Of a stretch of 64,000 bases of DNA, positions 24,596-36,060 are shown one piece after another. The notes under the pieces are model-generated. The model worked only from the letters and a program-made list of their open reading frames with translations, was not told where the DNA came from and ran no database searches. This DNA is from Pristiophorus japonicus. Lineage: Eukaryota. How positions within the stretch are numbered: position 1 is the first letter of the stretch; each line of letters starts with the position of its first letter. Position numbers and translations under genes: made by a program. Location of the stretch: positions 19,778,001 to 19,842,000 of the forward strand of contig NC_092001.1 of NCBI RefSeq assembly GCF_044704955.1, read 5' to 3'.

Positions 24596-24784
24596 TCCAC
24601 TGCGCATTAATACAAGAGCCTCAGACCGGGACAAATACTGCGATCCAGATTCCTGCCTCAATACATCTTGCGAGATATTTTCTTGTAAGAAAGAATTTTA
24701 TTTTTCCAAAATATTGAGTGTCTGCACTTCATGATCAAGCAACAGGTAAATATTGATCTTGTTCGTAAAACAAAGTGAGCTGAC

Positions 24785-24823
24785 AATTTGTATATTGCAG
24801 GGACCTTCTCCTCCAATGCTGTG
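24785..24823 (-). other. V recombination signal sequence (23-bp spacer)
   Basis: CACAGCA - 23 nt - ATACAAATT. Confidence 0.75.
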
Positions 24824-25097
24824 GGATCATAAGCGTTGCAGATGTACGTGGCACTGTCTTCAACTTTCAGGTTAGTGTTTCGCATAGAAAATGTTTTTGC
24901 TCTGCTGTTGACTGCTTCAACATGTCGTCCGCGAATCGACATCAGCTCCTTGTTTGATGAACTCGGATTTTTCCGGTAGCAGCACGTGCTACCCAAAGCA
25001 TAGCTGGTATCAGATCGGACACAGTTGATGGTCATGGATTCGTCTGTCTTTTTCGTTGCCGTTCTTGGTGTTTGGTCTATTATCCTACCAGAGGCAC
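24824..25097 (-). pseudogene. IgNAR: VNAR variable exon
   Basis: ASGRIIDQTPRTATKKTDESMTINCVRSDTSYALGSTCCYRKNPSSSNKELMSIRGRHVEAVNSRAKTFSMRNTNLKVEDSATYICNAYD. It has the short VNAR layout (no CDR2) and an open frame, but the acceptor reads CAT and the core Trp is Cys. Confidence 0.95.
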
Positions 25098-25171
25098 ATG
25101 AATGGAGAAAATATATTTAATGCATCGCGTATCTCAACAGAAAAAGAGTTTTAAGCCGGGACAGTTTCTAC

Positions 25172-25218
25172 AATGTAGAAGGAGCAACATCAGAGAGCAG
25201 GAGTACCCCGTGCTGCAT
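25172..25218 (-). pseudogene. IgNAR: Probable IgNAR leader exon (frameshifted)
   Basis: ATG CAG CAC GGG GTA CTC CTG CTC TCT g ATG TTG CTC CTT CTA CAT T/GT gives MQHGVLLLS/MLLLLH, ~75 nt upstream of V. An alternative strong donor at ~25245 lacks a convincing ATG. Confidence 0.5.
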
Positions 25219-25259
25219 ATAGACTGAGGTTTTCATATAACTTACAGAAATTAAAACTA

Positions 25260-25460
25260 AGAGATGAGTCAGTGAGTACAATTATACGACAGGTAGCAGT
25301 GTCAGATCACCATGTGTGGGGTGATGTGCAGCTGGCTGAGTGAGATACACTGTCACATGCACTTTGCTCATAGTCCCGGGGAAAATGGACATTGTGTGAG
25401 CTCCATTCCCCTGGCAGGTAGCATGTAATGTTAGAATAAAGCAGGTGGAATTTCCGCGTG
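25260..25460 (-). promoter_or_regulatory. Candidate V promoter (AP-1/CRE-like TGACTCA, several E-boxes, GGAATTTCC; no octamer)
   Basis: TGAGTCA 25265-25271, CATGTG 25311, CAGCTG 25329, CAGGTG 25442, GGAATTTCC 25447-25455. Motifs only. Confidence 0.3.
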
Positions 25461-26299
25461 TAAACCTGGGCTTTTTGAACTGTTGTCCCTCATTGGACAG
25501 CAGTTATACAATCCATAGATCTGCCAGTTTGAGCTGGGTTTTGCTGCTGTTTAGTGCATTGGCGATCTCACCCACATTCCCATCCATAGAGCACTCTGCA
25601 CACTAAACCTCAACATAGCACTCCCACTCTCGCTTCTAGTGCAAACCCAAAGCACTTCACAGTCCTGCGCATGTGATTATACATCTGCATAACTTAACTG
25701 TGTGGGAATTCAAATCAATCTCTATAAATCTAAATATTAGCCTAGTTATTAAATGGGGAAAGGGTAGTTGGTAATAATTGCGGCGTGTGGTGCATCAAAT
25801 TTATAAATTGGGATTAATTTCCACATCTTGTTTTACATTGAAACTGCTGGCGCCGAATATCTCATAAAATGAGGCACTGGTGAGAGGAAACACGTTGGCT
25901 GCGTTTCCAACATTACGACAGGAACTACAGTTCCAAACGAGTTAATTGGTTGTAAAGTGATTTAGAACGTCCTGATTTCGTGCAAAGTGGTTTGGAAATG
26001 CAAGTGTGTTTTTTTTTTCTTTCCTTTGTAAACTCAGCCCAGACTTCAGTAATTGTACTTCCCCTTTCTCATGAAGCCTATGATCTCAGCACTGTATTCG
26101 ACAGTGTCAGGGCTGAGCCATTCTCCTGGTTTAGAAGCTCAATTATCCCGAAATCCATTCCGTTTCCCAGCTGGCTCACTTGCTCTTTGTCCCTGTCACT
26201 GTTGTCTTACTGGCCTCACTGGGCTGATCATTGCAAATAACCAGCAGCTTTCACTTCTAATAGATTGCAGGATATTAACTTCACATAAAGACCATGAGA

Positions 26300-27100
26300 T
26301 ACGGCAATCCAGTGGACTGGGAGATTGAGAGAGAAAAACAAAGGGACACAAATACAATATTAAGAGCTGTAAATAGAGAATTTGAAAAAGCTTCCAAGTA
26401 ATAGAACGACTTACAGTGAACGAGTTGATAACCATATAAGCAGTGAGGCAGTGGCGAAGCCAATTGTAGGCCCATTAAAGAACGACACTGATAATACTGC
26501 AACATATATTGAGTTACTGGCAGATTTATTAAATGAGTGCAATGTATCCGTTTTCACCGTAGAGGAAGAGGATAGAGTAACAGATGATGAAATAGAAAAT
26601 AAATAAATGTAGCAGAAGACATTTCTACTTTCAGTATTAACAACAAAATCTGTAATGAAATAAATAATGCGACTTAGCACAGATAGATCTGCAAAGGCTG
26701 GTAGTTTCCACCCCTGCATATTAAACAAAGTTGGTGCGAAAATTGTAGACGTTTTATTCAGAATCTTGTAAAGCTCTCTTGATTCGGGAAGATTGGAAAA
26801 TTTCGATAATCACTCCATTATTTAAGAAGACATGGACAGAGGAACAGGTAACTACAGGCCCGTCAATGTAATGTCAGTTGTGGTAAAGCTGCTGGAGTCT
26901 GATATTTGAGGAAAGAGTGTTGAGCACGTGAACAGATGTCAGGTGATCAGAGAGAGCCAGCTTTTTAAGGGTAAGTCATGTCTGACTAAACAAGTTTAAT
27001 TTTTGAGGAAGTCATTAATAATTTAAACAATGATACGTCTATGGATGTTAATTATATGGACATTCTGAAGGCAAAGCTTCCTATAAGGTTGCAGAGAAAA
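26300..27100 (+). mobile_element. Old CR1 ORF2 fragment
   Basis: VGPLKND...ADLLNE...SVFTVEE; NYRPV; KGKSCLT. Confidence 0.7.
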
Positions 27101-27837
27101 GAATATCAGCAAAAGGGATTTATTACATTCAATTCCGAAGCAGCGCTGGTTAAACTTGAAACCACAACGCTGGATTATTGCTGGAAGGCCTCCGGATTAC
27201 AAGTCCAGTAACAGAACCACTACGGTGCCGTTACAGAAAGAGCTATGAAACAACATCAGTAAATGCTCGATTATTTAGCCTTTAAATGAGGCGAACGTAT
27301 AAGTAACAGAGGAAAGGTTAAACCTGAGCTCTACTTCAAGTTAAACCATGACTCAGGACGATGAGACGCTGGTACAAATTGATAAAGGCCAGTTCAGGAC
27401 TGACGGAAGGGAGGACTTCCATACACAAAGAATGACCAATCACTGGGGTCGCCTTTCAAGTGGAAGTGACATCTTTAAATCAGACAAGAGGTGGTTGGGA
27501 TTTCTAATAATGGCAAACTTAGTATAAACAAAATGCTCTCTCACTTTTATTTATATCTAAACTCTATATCAATGACACCAGCCTTGTTATTACTATCTCA
27601 GTGACAGTAGCACTGATGTATTCCGTTGGTTCATGCTCTGTATTGTGCATTTCCTCAGTTTCATGTCGATATTGGCAATAACATTAAAATTACCCGCATT
27701 AATCAGCATAATTAGAGACACCCCTTGCATCGCTCACCCAGACACTAATGTCAACATCCACGTCACTCAAAAGCAATGCTGATGCAAAATGTTCCCCTCT
27801 TTGCAGAATGCGCTGATTCTCGTTGTACTGACGTTCC

Positions 27838-28479
27838 CACGCTTTGCGCACCATCTTGCCATCCGGCGGAAGCGCTGATCCCCAGTTGGGTGCTCTCTAC
27901 ACAGGAGTACTCCCTTTGTTTATTGCAGAATTGACCTGGAGGGTGTTGCACGGGGCAGTTCCGTGCAATCGATTTTTAAGTCAGTTCACGGACACCCATG
28001 TGTACGTCGAATTTGTGAGGTTGCAGCCCACATGAAATATTAGATGGGGCTGCTCCTCAAATTGTGGTTGCACTTCAGTCACACGTTCCTGATCTTTGAG
28101 CACCCTTTGCGGAGGGGAGAGTGCAGGTTGGAAGATCTCCTCCAAGGACTGCTGCGGAACATGGCCACGTTGGCCAGTAACGATCCAGGCTGCGGTCAGT
28201 CGAGGGGGTCGTTCAGCCCGACTGCCTGCCTCTCTTCCGCATTTAGCTTTGAGCCAGGGTGTCCCTGGAGATGGAGCATGCGGTGTCCACCAGAATGCTC
28301 GCAGCCTTCCGCGAGAGGTCGGTGCCGGAGGGACTGGAATGCATCATTTCAACCGGGATCAGAGTTTTAATTTGATTTAATTTGAAAAAGATTCCCTGAA
28401 TGTTCAATTGTTAATTTGTGGTTTTTGGTGCCCTCAAAAAAACAAGGGAGCACGTGAATGAATGTTTCCACCAAAATTA
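27838..28479 (+). mobile_element. 5'-truncated Tx1 copy (3' end) with target-site duplication
   Basis: Homologous to 7405-8200. Flanked by TTGTACTGACGTTCC (27823-27837) and TTGTACTGTGGTTCC (28480-28494). Confidence 0.85.
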
Positions 28480-29399
28480 TTGTACTGTGGTTCCACGGTC
28501 GCTCCCAGTTCTTGGAAACCTAAAACAACTAATTATTTCCCATGTCGAGTCAAGCCAATAATCTTTTGTAAGAGCATCTTGTCCCAGGGATAAAGAGACA
28601 CACCTTTATTTCAGCAATAACGATTAGGTGGCCAAGTTGTACAGAACAGATTTTATGCTGAACTATTCTCTGTGAATATAAATTAAGCAATGCGGGTCCA
28701 AGTGAACGAGGACCTCGTTTCTCACCCCAAATGCTGGGAATGAGCAATATATAGACATGGCTCTTATACTACAATGACTACACAAAGTTTTTCAGTGGCT
28801 GGGAATCACTTTGGGATGGCATGAGGTGGTGGAATGCGCCATAGAAATACAAGTTCTATTGCATATATTGAATGTTTCTTTCTCAATGCGGTCCTGTGCT
28901 AATAGAGATTACATTTTTTAACATAAAAACATTCAAACAAATCAATTCATAAATAGTATTGATGGAGTTCCAATCCGAATGGTGCTTAACAAGTAAATGC
29001 TGCCTTGAGTTCAGCCAATCAATGCTGGCGGCTCTCAACGCAACACACAGGCGGGGTTTGCCCAGGTGTCACCTACAGCGCAAAGTTTCAAATCAAAAGT
29101 GAAATAAAACAAGGAGCTGATAATTTGTTGGGTGTGATCACCATTACCTCCCACATCCATATTATCAACTAATAATACAGATCTACTCCTTACATCTGTC
29201 GCCGTGCACAAGAAACTGCACAACTTGTTAAATAAAATAGACTTGAGATGGACAAGGAGTAAGATGATTGCACACATCTCCATGTATAAGATATTTTGTC
29301 CTTATCACCGCATTTATAGTAATTGAGCTTTAGGCTGTTTGGGATTTCCACATTACAAGTTATGGTTGAAGCGGTGGGATCCGAGTCCAGATATTATGG

Positions 29400-30350
29400 G
29401 TATACAGGGCAAGATTTCAAAATTTGCAGATGAAACATAACTTGGATCTATAATGAACGGTGTGGAGGATGGCGATATAGTTCAAGAGCATATAGATTGG
29501 CTGGCAGAATGGGCAGACACGTGGCAGATGAAAGTTAATGAGAAAAGTGCGAATTGGTACATGTTGGTAGGATGAACGAGGCGTGGCAAAATACACTAAT
29601 GGGTACAAATCTAAAAGGGGTGCATGCAAAGACAAACCTGGGGGTATATGTGCACAAATCGTTGAAGATGACAGAGCATGTTGCTAAATCGTTTAATAAA
29701 TCATACGGGATCCTTTGCTTCATAAATAGTGCTATAGAGCACACACCAAAGGAAGTTATGATGAACCTTTATAAAACTATGGTTTGGCCTCAACTGGAGT
29801 ATTTTGTCCAATTTTGGACATCGCAATTCAGGAGGGATGTGAAGTCCTTAGAGAGGGTACAGAAAAGATTTACTAACAATTTTCCAGAGATTCAGGTGGC
29901 TAGCAATCTTCCAGAGATTCTTGTGATGCTGTGGCAGTGCTCCACAGAGCAGCGGAGACTGTGAGAAGACTTGATAGCTTTCTCCAAAATCATGAGGTTT
30001 ATAGACAGACTAAATAGAGAGAAAATGTCTCCGTTGGCATATCGGTTGGGAACCAGAGGACACATATTTAAGTTGATTTGCAGAAGAACCAAAGGCGACA
30101 TGACTAAAAATGTGTTCATGCAGCGATTCATTAGGCTTGAAACTTACTGCCAGAAATGACGGTGGAGGCATATGCAATCGTGGCTTTCAAAAGGGATTTG
30201 GATGAATACCGGAAGGAGACACATTTTCACGGCTGCTGGGAAAGCGCGGGGGAGTGGGATTAGCTGAGGTTTTCTTGCCGAGAGCTGGAACGGGCTCAAT
30301 GTGCCGAACGGTCTCACGCTGTCATGTAAGCATGTCATAATTCTATGGTT
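29400..30350 (+). mobile_element. CR1 LINE 3' fragment
   Basis: ISKFADET...LYKTMVWPQLEYFVQFW...LERVQKRFT...TRGHIFKL. Confidence 0.85.
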
Positions 30351-31439
30351 CATTTCCTCTTACAACATTTCAGCCAGAATTTGTCTTAAAATGAGTAGAC
30401 GTTAAGGTCCAATTTTTTCGGATAATACTTAGAGCAGCCGTTTGTGAAACATCTCAGTCCTGCAAGTTCCTTCCTGGAAAATGATTGAGAAACGTGCAAA
30501 ACATATTTGGGATCTGACCGAATGAAGCTTCATTCAGCGAGTGACTGACAGAGGCTATGTTAGTTTTATTGATAGGAATCACAGACTGATTACAATTAAA
30601 ATAATTGTCATCTTGGCAACAGGTCAAAGCTTTGCAAACAGTCCTCTCAGCATAGCCACGAAGAAATATTTTAACTTTTTCTCGGCACCAGTACTTGTAT
30701 TATTTGTCTGTAAGTCACAATCTAACGACAGGCTGCGGATAGCTGGTGCGGGACCAGCGCTCAGTCATGGCCCTATGGTAGCATCCTGCGAGCTGAGCTC
30801 AATTCTGCAGCATACTAACAAGGTTTTACAGCTAAAAGTTAGATCCTAAATCAGTTTTCGTCATAAAGGCACGCAGGTAAAGCCACTTTTCAACAAGTCT
30901 TGCTGTCTGTCTATCAACTGAATCATTTCAGCTGAATCGATTAGTGCAAAATCTGTATTGAATAATGGAATTTTTAGGTTAGGCTATATTTGTCACTAAC
31001 TGCTCAGTTCTGATTTCCTGTAGACTTAAAATCATCAGTAATCATGTAAATGAGGGGCCGAACGCGCCCCACTTTGAGCAGCTCAAACAGCTGCAGCTAA
31101 AATCTAAAGATCTGGTTTGTCTTCTTCTGAACCGTGCGACCTTTGAGGGTTTTGGTGGAGATGAACAGCAAAAAGGAAACACCGTACGCTGTAACGTAAA
31201 GATATCAAGGCTGACATCGCCAAGGAGGTCCATTTGATTCATTTTGACAAAATGATCAAAGCCTGCTGTGTGACCCTGAGGGTGTGCTCTGGAGAATGCA
31301 CTAATACAAATCGACAATGTTTGGGGATAAATTTTAAAGGGGGCGGGGTGGGGACTGAAGAACCAGAGACCGGGGGCTCACACACACGCACACATCGGTG
31401 AATTGACAGGAGAAGCTAAGTATGTTAATTAAACATATG

Positions 31440-33090
31440 AGATCTTTGGTTTTATTAAAAACGATAGAGTACAAAAGCACGGATGTCCTGCTGCAACTGT
31501 GTAGGGTATTGGCGAGGCCGCACCTGGAGTACTCTGTGCTGTTTTGGTCACCTTACTTAAGGAAGGATATACTAACTTTGGAGTGGGTACAGAGACGATT
31601 TGCTCGGGTGATTCCGGAGATGAGGTGGTTACCTTATATTGATAGATTGAGTAGACTGGGTTTTTACTCGTTGGAGTTCAGAAGAATGAGGGGTGATCTT
31701 CTAGAAAAATTTATAATAATGAAAGGGATAGACAAGATAGAGGCAGAGAGGTTGTTTCCACTGGTCGGGGAGACTAGAACTAGGGGCACAGTCTCAAAAT
31801 ACGGGGGAGCCAATTTAAAACCGAGTTGAGAAGGAATTTCTTCTCCCAGAGGGTTGTGAATCTGTGAAATTTTCTGCCCAAGGAAACAGTTGAGGCTAGT
31901 TCATTGAGTGTATTCAAATCACAGATAGATAGATTTTTAACCAATAAGGGAATTAAGGGTGACGGGGAGCGGGCAGGTAAGTGGAGCTGAGTACACGGCC
32001 AGATCAGCCATGATCTTTTTGAATGGCGGTGCAGGCTCTAGGGGCTAGATAGCTTACTCCTGTTCCTAATTTTTATATTATATAGAGTATAAACACAAGG
32101 AAGTTATTCTAAATCTTTGTAAATTAGAGATGAGGTATAATCTGGAGTAATGTGTCCAATGCCTGGCTCCACGTTATATGAAGTATATCTGCCTTGAAGA
32201 TGATGATGAGGGATTTAACACAAAGATCCCAGGGATGAGGGAATCCCGTTACGTGGAAGGAGAGGCTTCGATTCTTCTTCTTAGAGCAAAGTGGAATACG
32301 TCGAGGTTTAACAAGGGTGTTGAATATTATTATTTTTTTTTACTGGACAGATAGGGTAGACTGCTTCCACTGGAAAGAGGGGATGTACTATAGGACACAT
32401 ATTTACATAAGAACATATGAACATAAGAAATCGGAGCAGGAGTGGACCATATGGCCCCTCGAGCCTGCTCCGCCATTTAATATCATCATGGCTGATCCGA
32501 TCATGGACTCAGGTCAACATTCCTGTCCGCTACCAATGTCCCCGTATTCCCTTATCCGTTTAGAGACTGTCTCTCTCTGTCTTAAATTTATTCAATGACT
32601 CAGCTTCCACAGCTCTCTCAGGCAACGAATTCCGCAGATTGACAACCCTCTGAGAGAAGAAATTCCTTCTCATCTCAGTGTTAAATTGTCGGCCCTTATT
32701 CTAATATTATGCCCCCTAGTTCTCGTCACCCACATCAGTGGAAACATCCCATATGCATCCACTTTGACGAGACCCTCATAATCTTGTACGTTTCGATAAG
32801 ATCACCTCTCATTCATATTTAAATATATGCCAAATAACTAGCCACTTGGGTGATGAGGAGAGATTTTTATGCACCACGTTATCATGGTCTGGAATGCACT
32901 GCTCGAAAAGGTTTTTGAAGCCGCTTCAACGGTAACTTTCAAAATGTAATTGGATATATAGTTTAAAGGAAAACATTCACAGGGCAATGGGGAAAGAGCA
33001 CTGTAGTCGCACTAATGGGTAGCACTTTCAAAGAGCTGCACAATCATGATGGTTCGAATGGCCTCATTCTGTGCTGTGTCATTCTGTGAT
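31440..33090 (+). mobile_element. Cluster of CR1 3' fragments (plus 31440-32080; older plus copy 32080-33090 interrupted by minus copy 32405-32815)
   Basis: IEYKSTDVLLQL...RPHLEYSVLFWSPYLRKDILTLE; acataagaacat-type CR1 tails. Confidence 0.8.
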
Positions 33091-33759
33091 TTGTTTTACA
33101 TGTAATTAGTTTGGTTATATATGATTTGGTTTATTATTAATTGTGATGGGTTACCATCCTTGTATTTACTGACTTGCTATAAGGGGTAGATTAATGCATC
33201 GGGTTTTGGTTTGGGGAATAATTTGAACGCTGTTGGTAATAAAATCATTGATATCAGGCATGTGGCAAAAGCGACTAAAGAAAGGCTGACTGTTTGTGTA
33301 CATAATGACATGGAATCTGAGCAAGTAGATGGGGCCTTGGTTTCATATCTCACACAAAAGGCCGCACTATGGACGTTGGCCCACACCCTCAGTACTGCAC
33401 TGGAATGCTAGCCTAGAGCATATGCTGAAGTCTGTGGTGTGGGACTCGAATCTCTGCCATTCCGCCACTGAAGTGAGTGCTCCCATTGAGTCACAGCTGA
33501 AACTTTGATGCCAGATCTCGATGTCGAGTGCTTACATTCGGAATTATCCTCCATGCCCTCCCTGTTTGCAGAAATCGGCCTGCCTTCTTTGGTTATTCTA
33601 TGTAGATCTTGCAGAAAAGGTCAATGGTATTGAGGAGCTTTTGTTTTTGAAGCCTGGGAAATATTTTCATTGTTAACTATACCATTGTTGGTAGCAGCCT
33701 ATAGTGTTGCTGGAAGTGTACAAGAAAGTTCCACTGGTGCAGGGTTCCTTTTATGTATT

Positions 33760-34205
33760 CGTTCAAGGGATCTGGCCCTCGCTGGTAAAGCCGGGATTAA
33801 TTGCCTATTCCCTAACAGTCCTTGAGAATGTGGTGGTGAACCGCCTTCTGCAACCCTTGTTCTCGGTAGAACTGAATAGCTCGGTAGACCGTTTCAGAGA
33901 TCAGTTAGACCTAAACTAAATCTGGATATACGCTCTTGGTCTGGAGTCACAAATATATGCCAGACTGGGTTAGTATGGTAGATTTACCTGTAATGAAGGA
34001 GTTTAATAGATGGGCTTGTAAGACAATCCGGAAATTGTGTGTTCACAATTACGGTAGCTTCCTGGTCACAATTACTGCCAATAACTTTTTATTGCAGATT
34101 TAATTAAATAACTGTACTTAAATGCCCCAGATGCCATAGTGGGCTGTTATATCTCGAGGTCATTACTGGATTACTAGTTCAGTAACATAACCACTATGCG
34201 ACCGT
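33760..34205 (-). mobile_element. tRNA-derived shark SINE (HE1-like); related copies ~27150-27230 and 58110-58510
   Basis: Minus-strand head gcatagtggttatgttactgaactagtaatccag (A-box-like). Confidence 0.6.
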
Positions 34206-34689
34206 TCTCGGTTATGTGAATTGAAATGATTATTTGGCAATAAACAGGTTAAAGATATCTGGGAACAGGAGGAGGTACCTCGTCTGTTTATGTTTCACGG
34301 GATGCCAATAGCGTTGAGAATTAAGCAAATATCATTGCGAACGAGGGTGGTGCTTTTGTCAGTGATATCCTTTTCATTCCTCCGCGCCCTGTAGGATTGT
34401 GATCAGGGGTTGACGCTGCTCCTGACGCAATCTGCTACAACCCCTCATTTCCCCTTCCCCAACAACCCTGAACAGAGTGCAATCCCGGACCATCAACAAG
34501 CGCCTCTCACTCAAATACTTGGTACATTATCATTAGGTACCAACCCACTGTATCCACCTGCAAATATTGTTGTCGAGATAGGATTACTTATTCTCCGTAT
34601 GAAACAATGTCCCTCAAATGAAAACTACTTGAATTATATAATTTTTATACTAATATTTGTTACTGTAATCTACACGCGAAAATCAGCAC

Positions 34690-36060
34690 GATCATAGAAT
34701 CGTAGAAATTCACAGCACGGAAGGAGCCCATTTTTGACCTATCATGTCTCCGCAGGCCGACCAAGAGCTATCCAGTCTAACCCAACGTTCCAGCTCTGGG
34801 TCCGGATCCCTGTGGGTTACAGCAGTTTAAGTGCACATTCAAGTACTTTTTAAATGTGGTGAGCATTTCTACATTTACCTCCCTTTCAGGCAGTGCGTTC
34901 CAGACCCACACCCCTCTTGGCATGAATACGTTTCCCTTCAAATCCCCTCTATCCGTCTAACAATTACTTTCACTATGTGACACTGGTTTTTGGCCACTCT
35001 GCTAAGGGAAATATCCACTCTATCTCGTCCCTTCATAATTTTATACACCTCAAGGAGGTTTCCCCTGATCAGTTCGAAAGCAAACAAACGCAGCCTATCC
35101 AATTTTTCGTCATAGCTAACATTCTACAGTCCAGGCAACATCCTCGTAAATATCCTCTGTACTGTCTCTTGTGCAATCACATCTTTCCTGTAATGTGGTG
35201 ACCAGAATTGCACTCTAACTGTGGCTGAACCAGTGTTTTATGCAGTTGAAGCATAACCGGTCTGCTCTTATATTCATCGTTGATATTCTCAGTGAGACTG
35301 AATTAAATGTTCAGTTGGGATATAGTTGTTGAAGAAGAAGTTTGTCAGTGAATGTTCCGATTAGGGAACTGGTACCCATATCGCTGAGGGTGTCACGTGT
35401 TCACTATGAGGTGGCTGATTGACACGATATATAATTAACCATCTCTTCATGAAGTATATATGAGAAATAACCGGTTATTCTGCTTTGACGGGGGGGGGGG
35501 GAGAAATCTATAATATTTTCCCATGGGACATTGTATGTCCATAATTTCCTGGGCCATGGTTTGACGTCTTATTCGAAAGTACTAAGCCACTGAGTTCTCT
35601 GTCAGTACTGCGACAGAATTCGATTAAATGTCCAAGTTCAAAAAGTGGCGTGAGTCATCGAGACATTTGAATAATTACGGACAGGTAAAGACACTCTGTT
35701 CCACGCTGCTTGGAAAACACAATTCTGACACCTTCTGTACTTCAATATATACACGCCTACCAAACAGAACCAGTGTGATCTCCTGAGACAGGCAAACAAA
35801 CAGAAACATACACTCCAATTTGGGGGGAAAAATCTATGAAATTCCTCTGCGTCCAATCTCGGTTATAGAAACGTTGTCCAGAAGATCACTCCAACCGTGA
35901 ATTCGCTTTGATCCAGCTCTTGGTTGAAGGAACTTAGCGAAATTGCATTTACCACATGAAATGACACATTGTTCCAGATGTCCATTATTTACCTCGAAAA
36001 TAACCAGCTCCTTGCAGCTGACCTAGTGCTAGCATTGTACAACTTAAATGTGCGACCCCT
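34690..36060 (-). mobile_element. CR1 3' fragments (34690-35280 and 35680-36060)
   Basis: catagaatcgtagaaat tail; 3'UTR block tgtgatctcctg..ggca shared with ~14720 and ~59680. Confidence 0.65.

Larger units (their letters stand above)
10731..25218 (-). pseudogene. IgNAR: Germline IgNAR cluster (L-V-D-D-J-C1-C2-C3-C4-C5sec), pseudogene
   Basis: All exons are collinear with phase-1 boundaries. The domains match recalled shark IgNAR sequences, and RSSs flank V, D and J. Stops or frameshifts occur in L, J and all five C exons. Confidence 0.95.

Noticed and set aside
24658-24823. C-terminal extension of the 125-aa V ORF
   Set aside because: Read-through across the RSS into V-D intergenic DNA; not coding
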